In this document: piece by piece, positions 17,995-26,407 of the stretch
How positions within the stretch are numbered: position 1 is the stretch's first letter
How the letters are laid out: each line of letters begins with the position of its first letter
DNA from: an uncultured virus (IMG/VR IMGVR_UViG_3300022660_000083)
Lineage: Duplodnaviria > Heunggongvirae > Uroviricota > Caudoviricetes
IMG/VR virus record: IMGVR_UViG_3300022660_000083
Length of the DNA stretch: 64,000 bases
Strand: one strand, 5' to 3'
Notes under the pieces: model-generated
Seen by the model: the letters and a program-made list of their open reading frames with translations, nothing else
The model's database searches: none
What the model was told of the DNA's origin: nothing
Translations under genes and position numbers: made by a program

Positions 17995-19461
17995 ATGGAT
18001 TTTATTTCGGTTTACATTAGAGAGCAAAAGAGATATACAAAAAATGAATTGCTCAAAATGTTCCGTTTTAATGAAAATGAAATCGAAAAGTTCCTAAAAG
18101 AATTAAAATCTTACGGCATCTTGAAAGCTGTAAAGAATGAACCTGGACAAAAAGACTTGACGGAATTAAACGAAGAAGACATTGAAATTACGGACGATAC
18201 ATTGGCAAACGATGAGTTGTATTACGTCTTCACTTTTGTTGGGGTAATTACTTTCGGTAATAGGGTCTTAAAGTGCTATCCAAAATATATTAGTTCATTA
18301 GAGCCCTACGAAGAAGTAAAGCAAGTTTTGAAAGTCTTAAATAGATACTCGGCCTCAGAACAGATGATAAAAATGTTCAATGGGGATGAGAAAAAGGGCT
18401 CATTCAATCTTCTTTCGGTAATACTGTACTTGATGCAAGACTACTATGAAAATGGGATTTATTCCAATTCAGAGGATGTAGTCGAAATTAATGGCGAAGG
18501 TAATATTCTGTGGAATCAAACGATTAGTGATGGTTTTGCTATCATAAATGAAAATGAACCTTACTATGTTGAATTGTTTACGCAACATTCAATTGATGAT
18601 GAATATGATTACTTTACACGTCTTCATAAGGTTATATTAACTGAATGCTCTAAACAACTTGATGAAGCAGGGTTATTAGGATTGTTTGAATTCGATTCAT
18701 TAGAATTAAGCGAAGAAACATTAGATGACTTTGGAGAAACGGAATACATACTCTATAAACTTCAAAGTGAACTCAATGTGCAATATAATACTCGTAGACA
18801 ACTTTTGCTTAAGTCTATATATGCGTATGTTTCGCAACAAAAAACACTTACAGACCAAAGCTGTATCAGCTTGTTTGGTACTACAAGCTTCAATCTTGTA
18901 TGGGAAAAAGTATGTGCAGAAGTATTCGACAATAAACTTTCTACACCTATTGGTAAGATTAAACTTCCTGTACCTTTGTGTCCTAACTACAAGAAGGAAG
19001 TCAAGTTAATAGATATTATAGAAAAGCCTCAATGGGTAGGAAACGGATCTAATGGTTCATTCGTTAAAGAAAGCCAAGAAACTCTTACACCTGACCTTAT
19101 TGGTGTTTATAATGTTGACGGTGAGTGGTATTTTGTGATTTATGATGCGAAATATTACTGTATTCAATTAGAAGAAAATAAAGTTTTGCGTGGACAACCA
19201 GGTATAGGGGATGTCACGAAGCAATATCTTTATCAACGTGCATATGGCAAATTCATTGCAGACCATAGCATCAATCGTATTAGAAATTGCTTCTTAATGC
19301 CTACAGAAAAAGATGAAGTTGTGGAGTTGGGATACGCTCGACTTGAAATGCTTGAATCTTTAGGACTTGAGAACATAGCAATTAGATTAATGCCTGCAAA
19401 ATATATGTACCATTGCTACTTGGAAAATAAACGCTTAACCTTTAAAGATGCGTTGTTGTGA
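17995..19461 (+). CDS. LlaJI-family / McrC-like restriction endonuclease subunit
   Basis: FNLVWEKVC, LTPD...YDAKYY PD-(D/E)xK motif, PGIGDVTKQYLY; follows the McrB-like gene. Confidence 0.85.
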   Translation: MDFISVYIREQKRYTKNELLKMFRFNENEIEKFLKELKSYGILKAVKNEPGQKDLTELNEEDIEITDDTLANDELYYVFTFVGVITFGNRVLKCYPKYISSLEPYEEVKQVLKVLNRYSASEQMIKMFNGDEKKGSFNLLSVILYLMQDYYENGIYSNSEDVVEINGEGNILWNQTISDGFAIINENEPYYVELFTQHSIDDEYDYFTRLHKVILTECSKQLDEAGLLGLFEFDSLELSEETLDDFGETEYILYKLQSELNVQYNTRRQLLLKSIYAYVSQQKTLTDQSCISLFGTTSFNLVWEKVCAEVFDNKLSTPIGKIKLPVPLCPNYKKEVKLIDIIEKPQWVGNGSNGSFVKESQETLTPDLIGVYNVDGEWYFVIYDAKYYCIQLEENKVLRGQPGIGDVTKQYLYQRAYGKFIADHSINRIRNCFLMPTEKDEVVELGYARLEMLESLGLENIAIRLMPAKYMYHCYLENKRLTFKDALL

Positions 19462-19473
19462 GGAGGATAAAAT

Positions 19474-20349
19474 ATGGCAAGAGCAAAGAAAATTAAAAGT
19501 CCCACTCAATTAGAACTTATTGAACCTACCTTCAATGCAATAGTGGAACTTGGTGGTTCTGCAACCATTGAAGAAATTAGAGATAAAGTTATTGAGATGC
19601 TTCAATTGTCGGATGAAATCGTTGATGAACCTCATACGGGAAAGGCCACTCAACAAACGGAGTTGGAGTATCAATTAGCATGGGCAAGAACTAGATTAAA
19701 GAGCTATGGTGCAATCACAAATAGCTCACGCGGAGTATGGATTATCACCCCTGAATTTAGTGATAAAAAAGTTTCAAAAGCCGAAGTGGTAGAACATATA
19801 AATGCTACCAAGGCCAAAGCAAAAAATAAAACTACAACAAATCAAGATACCGTGGTTTCTGATGTAGTAGTTGAGGAATTGCCCGAAGAGTTAGAACCGT
19901 GGAAAATTGAACTTGCGGAAACTCTCCACAATATGAACCCATATGCATTTGAAAAATTAGCCATGTTGCTTTTGAGAGAATGCGGATTTAGTCAAGTTTC
20001 CGTAACTAAAAAGTCCGGTGATGGCGGAATCGATGGCACAGGCAAACTCAAAATAAATGGTATATTTAGCTTTAATGTTGCATTCCAATGCAAGCGTTAT
20101 AAAGGTAGTGTAACTGCTGGTGATATTCGTGATTTCCGTGGTTCTTTAACCACCGATATTGAAAAAGGTATCTTTATTACCACGGGCACTTTTACTCGTG
20201 ACGCTCGTAAAGAAGCATCTAATGCGGGTAAGCAGCAAATTGACCTTATTGATGGCGAAGAGTTTATTAATAAGTTGATTGAATACCGTTTAGGAGTAAA
20301 AGAAAAGCTTGTTTATGAAGTAGATAAAACTTTCTTTGACACGATTTAA
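19474..20349 (+). CDS. mrr: Mrr-family (type IV) restriction endonuclease with N-terminal winged helix
   Basis: LAWARTRLK...SRGVW N-domain; FEKL, SGDGGIDG, QCKRY, GIFITT, LIDG. Confidence 0.9.
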   Translation: MARAKKIKSPTQLELIEPTFNAIVELGGSATIEEIRDKVIEMLQLSDEIVDEPHTGKATQQTELEYQLAWARTRLKSYGAITNSSRGVWIITPEFSDKKVSKAEVVEHINATKAKAKNKTTTNQDTVVSDVVVEELPEELEPWKIELAETLHNMNPYAFEKLAMLLLRECGFSQVSVTKKSGDGGIDGTGKLKINGIFSFNVAFQCKRYKGSVTAGDIRDFRGSLTTDIEKGIFITTGTFTRDARKEASNAGKQQIDLIDGEEFINKLIEYRLGVKEKLVYEVDKTFFDTI

Positions 20350-20353
20350 TATT

Positions 20354-21070
20354 ATGCTAACCATTACTGAAATCAAAACATACATAGCCAATGCTATAGA
20401 AATCTTCAATGAATACTTTGAGGGCTTTGAAGCACCAAAAATTGTGGTTGTATCTGCTTCGAGAAGACAAGCAGTGCGTAACAAGGTGCTTCAAGAGTGT
20501 GGTGTTCCCTATAAAGAAGATATGTACGGGACAGATGGCGAAGTGATAGACGGTCCGCTTGGAAGGCAGATTTTACTTTACCAATCGATGATGAAATCAG
20601 AACGACAAGTCTATCATGCACTTTGGCACGAGTTCGGTCATATCCTTTTTGGAAACGAAAAGCAATATTGTATTGATTTTTCCATCGACACGCCAATGCG
20701 TTCAGGCTATGCTGTTCTCAACGAACTGATGGCAGAATATATTGCTCACTATGTAAGTGGTGGAGAGGGATTTGGAATATACAATCCTAATATGTATCTT
20801 CAAATGGCTTTCCAAGAACAAGGAACAATCAATCCGTATTGGTTAAGCAGATACATAGCTATCATTCTTGGAGATAATACAGTTCGTGATGAATTCGTCC
20901 AAGCAGGAGCAGGTTATGTTCCACCTGAAGTTTGGATTTACATCGTGAAGATGTTTAAGAAACTCAATACTCAATTGAAAAAGGATGAGTTTTGGAAAGC
21001 ATCTCCCAAATTTATAGAAGATTTCGGCAAGTTGTTTGACGAGATGTTCCATTTAGTTTATATAGGATAA
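20354..21070 (+). CDS. Putative zinc metallopeptidase-like protein
   Basis: HEFGH (HExxH) with downstream NELMAE; start codon uncertain. Confidence 0.6.
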   Translation: MLTITEIKTYIANAIEIFNEYFEGFEAPKIVVVSASRRQAVRNKVLQECGVPYKEDMYGTDGEVIDGPLGRQILLYQSMMKSERQVYHALWHEFGHILFGNEKQYCIDFSIDTPMRSGYAVLNELMAEYIAHYVSGGEGFGIYNPNMYLQMAFQEQGTINPYWLSRYIAIILGDNTVRDEFVQAGAGYVPPEVWIYIVKMFKKLNTQLKKDEFWKASPKFIEDFGKLFDEMFHLVYIG

Positions 21071-21090
21071 AATTGAAAAGGAGGACATCT

Positions 21091-21696
21091 ATGGGTTTAT
21101 ACGGAACTCAAACATTAATCGTTGTTTGTAAAGACGAGATGTACATAAATCAACTACGTAAGCTGGTTGAAACAAAAGACGATAGTGACTCATCGGTAAC
21201 AGGAACACAAGACGGTTCTATTCAAATCGTTGCGTGGGATGAAAAAACATGGTTAGCACAAAAGAAAGCCGGCAATATTAGCAATAAAGTCTTGTTTATT
21301 GGTGATGTAAAAGGCGTTAACAAGTTGCTACCTATTATCGATATTCAATTCAACGAATATGGAGTAAAATATGGTTGGGCGGGCAATCAAGCTGCTATAT
21401 GGATAGAACCAAAGGAAATCGGTAACGAAGAAACTTATTTGGAGTTCTTGAAGAAGTTGAACGAACTACCCATCCCTGAAAAATATAGAACGGAAATATC
21501 CGAGTCAACAAAAGTTACTGCACCTGTGGCAGTTGGAAAGCAAAATCTTTGGAATCAGCTTGCGGCATTTGGTGTTAATGCTTTTCTAACGGTTAAGGAC
21601 TTGTTCAAGGATAAAACTCAAGTTAAAAATCAAATGTTTTTCTATGGCATTATCAAAATGTACTTTAACGATTTAGAAAAGTATATGAATGCATAA
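21091..21696 (+). CDS. Hypothetical protein
   Basis: RBS AGGAGG then ATG 21091; tightly coupled to the next gene. Confidence 0.7.
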   Translation: MGLYGTQTLIVVCKDEMYINQLRKLVETKDDSDSSVTGTQDGSIQIVAWDEKTWLAQKKAGNISNKVLFIGDVKGVNKLLPIIDIQFNEYGVKYGWAGNQAAIWIEPKEIGNEETYLEFLKKLNELPIPEKYRTEISESTKVTAPVAVGKQNLWNQLAAFGVNAFLTVKDLFKDKTQVKNQMFFYGIIKMYFNDLEKYMNA

Positions 21697-21706
21697 GGTG
21701 ATTAAC

Positions 21707-23206
21707 ATGAAAGACAAAACACCATTTAATGACGGTTGGGACTTTATGTCTAGCCACATGGGTGCTGATATTGTTGCTCGTGGTGCGGTTAGTGATTTTA
21801 TTGCCGTGACACAACAAAACCAACAAATCGTTCTTGAAAATACACATAGAATTGCAATTAACGAAGCTATAGACCAACTAACGAGAAGTGTTAATGAACA
21901 TCCATACATAAATTTAGGGGTTGAGCAATTGAAAGGTTATGTTGCAGAAGAAATTGTTGCAGGAACCTTTAACATTGATGCAATAAGACAAGGCTCTGAA
22001 CACAGAGCATATTCCTTCCCTAATGAAAGTGGATATGGCAGCATAGATATTGACACCAACTTTGGCAAAACATATAGTTTGAAGTTTACCAATGAAGCTG
22101 CAAGAGCTGAGTCGTTTCAAGCGGTGATAGATACCGAGACTGGGTTGCCTAAATATCATGGACAAGAACGTTTGATTGCGGATGACCAACTTGAAGAGGC
22201 ACAGTATTGGGCTAGAAGAAGAGCAGCAACGGAAGCCATAAAGCGTCCTGGTGTTGCAGAAGCACATCGTGAAACAGGCGAACACTTAACCTCAACAGTT
22301 TCTGACGGAGAAGGTGTCAGTTCAAGAAAACTAACCGTTGATGAGGCAAGAGATGCTGCTAAACACGCCAAAAAAGGAAGTTTTGAAGCAGAGGAACTAG
22401 GCTATTCAAAAGAAGCTTTGTTATCAGAAGTAAGAATTGATTACATCAAGAAAGCCGCAAAAGCAGGACTTACGGCTGCAACTCTTACTGCAATACTTCA
22501 GCTAGTTCCCGAACTCTATAAAGCCATTGACTACTTAATCAAGAATGGCGAACTAAATGTCAATCAAATAAAAAAGAGTGGAGTTAAAGTTTTAACAGCT
22601 AGTGGTGAGGCCTTCTTGAGAGGCTCCATTGCTTATCTTGTTCAAATGGCAATTCAAGAAGGTTTACTTGGTGAGAAGATGAAACAGGTTGACCCAACTC
22701 TTGTTGGTGTAGCTGTAACAGTTATTTTAGGAACAATTAAGAATAGTATTCTAGTTGCTCTTGGAAAAATGACTGTTTCTCAAATGGGTATGCAATTTGT
22801 AGATACGATTGTAGTTTCATCTGGGTACTTGTTATCTATGAAGTTAGGAGCAGTCATTCAAGCTGCATTGCCACAACTTCCTGGTATTGGATTCGCCATT
22901 GGTAGTCTTCTTGGATGTTCGCTTGCTTTGGTGTACAACGTTGCCAAGAACAAGTTAATTTCTTTCTGCGTGGACACAGGTTTTACTTGCTTTGGTTTAG
23001 TAGAACAAAATTATGAATTGCCAGAAGAAATTTTAAACAAGCTTGGTGTTGATTTGATTCCAATACAACGAGCAGAAGTAACTAGAACACAAATTTCTAG
23101 ACCGCAAGTTACCACAACAGTGGATACCGTACAATACGAAACAATCGACATCCAAATTTTAAGAAGAGGTGTCATTGGAGTAAATAAAGTCGGATTCGTA
23201 TTTTAA
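21707..23206 (+). CDS. Hypothetical protein with hydrophobic Gly/Ala-rich C-terminal helices
   Basis: Soluble N-half (KGYVAEE..TFN, D..SLK); C-half has several membrane-like helices. Confidence 0.7.
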   Translation: MKDKTPFNDGWDFMSSHMGADIVARGAVSDFIAVTQQNQQIVLENTHRIAINEAIDQLTRSVNEHPYINLGVEQLKGYVAEEIVAGTFNIDAIRQGSEHRAYSFPNESGYGSIDIDTNFGKTYSLKFTNEAARAESFQAVIDTETGLPKYHGQERLIADDQLEEAQYWARRRAATEAIKRPGVAEAHRETGEHLTSTVSDGEGVSSRKLTVDEARDAAKHAKKGSFEAEELGYSKEALLSEVRIDYIKKAAKAGLTAATLTAILQLVPELYKAIDYLIKNGELNVNQIKKSGVKVLTASGEAFLRGSIAYLVQMAIQEGLLGEKMKQVDPTLVGVAVTVILGTIKNSILVALGKMTVSQMGMQFVDTIVVSSGYLLSMKLGAVIQAALPQLPGIGFAIGSLLGCSLALVYNVAKNKLISFCVDTGFTCFGLVEQNYELPEEILNKLGVDLIPIQRAEVTRTQISRPQVTTTVDTVQYETIDIQILRRGVIGVNKVGFVF

Positions 23207-23232
23207 GAATAACATATTAAAGGAGGTAGAAA

Positions 23233-25134
23233 ATGGCAAAAAAATATGCTGATTTAAAGGAATATCTTAATGACCAATGCTATGATATGCTTATGCGTAG
23301 AGCTAAAGGTTTGATATTCGGTAATTTAGATAAATTTGACCTTACCTCCGATTATATACCAAATCCAACCGAGAGGGATATTGATGACGTGGTCATCACG
23401 AGTCTGCATACCGAGGCAGGACAAAATGATGATGTATATATTCATTGTAATGCTTATGCTGAAGCTATCTTTTCGGGTTTTGCTTATGGCAGAAGAAGGA
23501 ATGATGTAGATTCTGACACAAAACGTATTTGGCTTGCCGTAAAATTCAAGGCGAAATTCACGGACAAGTTTGAAAATATGCGTATTGTGGATATTGGTCC
23601 AATTGATGAAAAAGAGGCTTTTGTGTTGAACAGGTGCTCCACAAAGAGTTTTGTTCCCTACATAAGCGAAGAGTCGCTTGACCATCATGCAACTGAATTT
23701 TTGAAGAAGTATTGCCCTCAAGCATTAGAAACACCAATGCCTCTACCAATAGAAGATATTGTAAAAGCAATGGGGTTAAAAGTAAAGGTTGGCAATCTTA
23801 AAGGTGGTGCGTTTGGACGTTGTTATTTTGCCGATAAAGAAATAAAGAAAAAGGATGGCACAAAAGGAATCATTAGACGAGGAACGATTCTTTGCGATGA
23901 TGATGCTTTCTTTTTAAGTGGTATCGGCTCAACAAACAACACCATCATTCACGAATGCGTACATTGGGAATATCATAGACGATTCTTTGCATTGATGCGT
24001 TTATTAGATCCTTCACTATCAGCTATTGTTTGTACTACTTTGGAAGAGGATGTAAAAGGGTCTAAGAAAAACACCGAAGATTTTAGGTGGATGGAGTGGC
24101 AGGCAAATGCTTTAGCTCCTCGCATATTGATGCCGGCTGATATGATGAAGCTCAAATATGAGCAAATCAAAGCCGAAGTTGTTGCAAGTGGCGAAACCGA
24201 CCTTCGTGAGATTTACAAGCAAACAATTAATAAGTTAGCAGATTTCTTCCAAGTAACTATTACTTCCGTAAAAATCAGGTTGATAGAACTTGGGTATAAC
24301 TATCTTAAGGGTATTCACGATTATGTAGATAACAACCCTACAAAACCGTACTTGTACAATGCTAAAGAGATAAAACCAAATCAAATCTTTTCTGCAGGAC
24401 TTTATGATGTTGTAGCAAGCGGAATTGTTAACTCAGACTTAAAAACCTGCTTGCAAGCAAAGACCATTGTTTATGCTAGTGGATTCTTTGTTATCAACAA
24501 TAAGAAATATACATATAAAGACCCGATTACAGGAAGACAAGAATTAACCGATTATGCGTTAGAGCATATGGATGAATGTTGTCTTGTGTTTGATGCTGAG
24601 CCAAAGGAAAAACGTTCTTTTGATGACCGTTATTATTCAATGTGTTTCCTTTGTCGCAGCCAAAACTCTCAAGAAGCATACACAAGAACGGTTAAATCAA
24701 ATGATTTTAATAATCGACAATTAAGAAAATCTCTTGAATTATGTGATGTAATAGAAGAAAATCAAGAAGCGTTGGAACTTGTAAAGCAGCTTGTTGGCGA
24801 ATTTAAAGATATGCTTCAACTGCTTATGAATAACTATGGTTATAGCAATCGTGAAATGAAAAAGTATACAGGAATTGATGACCATAAAATAGCGGCATTT
24901 CTCAATGGCTCAAAAGAACCAACAAAATATGAAGTTGTTGCAATAGTGGCAGGTATGCAGTTGCACCCTGTTGTTGCCGAACATTTTATAAGTAAGTCGG
25001 GCTTCAACCTTACCACTACTATTGAGCGAGATGCTATGTATCGTTTCTTAATAAATCAATGTTATGAAGAGGGGTTAGACTCTTGGAATCAACGTTTGCG
25101 AGAATGCGATAAGGTAGAATGGCAGCTTCCATAA
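23233..25134 (+). CDS. ImmA/IrrE-family metallopeptidase fused to a C-terminal HTH
   Basis: TIIHECVHW, WMEWQANALAPRILMP; C-terminal YSNREMKKYTGIDDHKIAAFLNG helix-turn-helix. Confidence 0.85.
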   Translation: MAKKYADLKEYLNDQCYDMLMRRAKGLIFGNLDKFDLTSDYIPNPTERDIDDVVITSLHTEAGQNDDVYIHCNAYAEAIFSGFAYGRRRNDVDSDTKRIWLAVKFKAKFTDKFENMRIVDIGPIDEKEAFVLNRCSTKSFVPYISEESLDHHATEFLKKYCPQALETPMPLPIEDIVKAMGLKVKVGNLKGGAFGRCYFADKEIKKKDGTKGIIRRGTILCDDDAFFLSGIGSTNNTIIHECVHWEYHRRFFALMRLLDPSLSAIVCTTLEEDVKGSKKNTEDFRWMEWQANALAPRILMPADMMKLKYEQIKAEVVASGETDLREIYKQTINKLADFFQVTITSVKIRLIELGYNYLKGIHDYVDNNPTKPYLYNAKEIKPNQIFSAGLYDVVASGIVNSDLKTCLQAKTIVYASGFFVINNKKYTYKDPITGRQELTDYALEHMDECCLVFDAEPKEKRSFDDRYYSMCFLCRSQNSQEAYTRTVKSNDFNNRQLRKSLELCDVIEENQEALELVKQLVGEFKDMLQLLMNNYGYSNREMKKYTGIDDHKIAAFLNGSKEPTKYEVVAIVAGMQLHPVVAEHFISKSGFNLTTTIERDAMYRFLINQCYEEGLDSWNQRLRECDKVEWQLP

Positions 25135-25142
25135 AAAAATAA

Positions 25143-25289
25143 TGCGGAAATTTTTACGCACTTTACAACTTAATAAATAATAAATCAGGCTCTATGTCTT
25201 ATGAAAATAAGGCGTAGGGTCTTTTTTTATGCCCAAAATAGACCAAAACAATGAAAAACGTCAAAATCGAGTGCGGGGATTTTTACGCA
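25143..25289. promoter_or_regulatory. Two operator-like sites TGCG-N10-CGCA (25143-25160, 25272-25289)
   Basis: TGCGGAAATTTTTACGCA and TGCGGGGATTTTTACGCA, 16/18 identical, upstream of TGaTATAAT near 25310. Confidence 0.6.
25187..25228 (+). terminator. Intrinsic terminator
   Basis: AGGCTCTATGTCTTAT/ATAAGGCGTAGGGTCT stem then T7. Confidence 0.8.
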
Positions 25290-25533
25290 GTGTCTCAATT
25301 CGACTTTGATATAATACACGCAGAAGCAGGAAGTAGCTAGCCTGTTCGGTATCCAATTCTAGATATTGCGTGGATACCCAAATTACATATCGCAAGCCAA
25401 CTGTCGCAATCAGAGGGCTGCACAAATAAAGATGGAATGTCTAAAAAACGCCACCTTCTTTTTGTTGCACCCTTTTTCGACAAAGTTGGCCTTGAAGCAT
25501 CTCCATCTTTACAGACGATGGAGGTGTTTTTTT

Positions 25534-26127
25534 ATGTCTAATTTTATTCTTAAGGACGAGTACGCAAACGAAGATGAATGCAAAGCGGCTATTGCCAAAT
25601 ACAACGAGGGCAAGAAACCCGAAGAGGAAATGCGTTACTGTTCCTACCTTAACACTCTTACCAAAAAGAGAATGTATGTGCCTTGTACCATTGAGTATTT
25701 CTTTGCTTGGCGAAACATGATGGCGGAAGAACACAGGAAACGTGACCTTGAAACGAGATGCCTTGTTCCTTCCACACGCTATTCCTACCACAAGAAATGT
25801 ATGGAAGATTGTGCTCATTGTCCGTATGGGAAAGACCATCGTGACGGTGGTGCTCTATCTCTAGATAAGTTTAGAGAAGAAAACGAGTATGAAATAGCGG
25901 ACGAGCATATCAGCCCACTTGAAGAAATGATTGAAGAACAACGCAGAGAGGCACTCGCTTATGAAATATCCCTTCTAGATGAAGAGAGTCAGCAAATCTT
26001 GAGTCTTTTCAACAAAGGATATAGCGAACCCGAAATAGGGCGTTTGTTAGGTCTTACAAGGGATACCGTTAAGTACCGAAAAGCAGTGTTGATTGAGGAC
26101 TTGAAGAAAAAGTTGAAAAATTTTTGA
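25534..26127 (+). CDS. Phage-encoded sigma-70-family (region-4 HTH) transcription factor
   Basis: RBS GGAGG then ATG 25534; Cys cluster (RC..KKCMEDCAHC), LSLD, C-terminal GYSEPEIGRLLGLTRDTVKYRK. Confidence 0.75.
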   Translation: MSNFILKDEYANEDECKAAIAKYNEGKKPEEEMRYCSYLNTLTKKRMYVPCTIEYFFAWRNMMAEEHRKRDLETRCLVPSTRYSYHKKCMEDCAHCPYGKDHRDGGALSLDKFREENEYEIADEHISPLEEMIEEQRREALAYEISLLDEESQQILSLFNKGYSEPEIGRLLGLTRDTVKYRKAVLIEDLKKKLKNF

Positions 26128-26128
26128 T

Positions 26129-26172
26129 TTTTTCACCCGTTTCATTCTCGACTTCCCATTTGACTGTTGAAG
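26129..26172 (+). promoter_or_regulatory. 44-bp element, copy 1 (candidate phage-sigma promoter)
   Basis: 39/44 identical to 61321-61364. Confidence 0.7.
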
Positions 26173-26218
26173 AGCAGGAAAAGCACCTCTCTTCAATAAT
26201 CAAAAGGAGGTCAGAGAG

Positions 26219-26407
26219 ATGACTACAAATGCTGAAGCAGCAAGAGAAAAACCCGTAGCAAGTATGGTTGATTTGTTTGATTCACTTATGACAATCAGTT
26301 TTCTTACTAAGGCTCTTGCAAAAAGTGTGCTGTTGCTATCAACAGAAAAAGATGTGAAAGGAGGAAATGAGAATGACGAGAAAGCACTCAATTTTAGCTC
26401 CAAGTAG
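26219..26407 (+). CDS. Small hypothetical protein
   Basis: RBS AAGGAGG; first gene of the replication operon. Confidence 0.6.
   Translation: MTTNAEAAREKPVASMVDLFDSLMTISFLTKALAKSVLLLSTEKDVKGGNENDEKALNFSSK

Noticed and set aside
25366..25533. 56-aa N-terminal extension of the sigma ORF given in the track
   Set aside because: The TTG start lacks an RBS, GGAGG precedes ATG 25534, and the region is better explained as a structured leader
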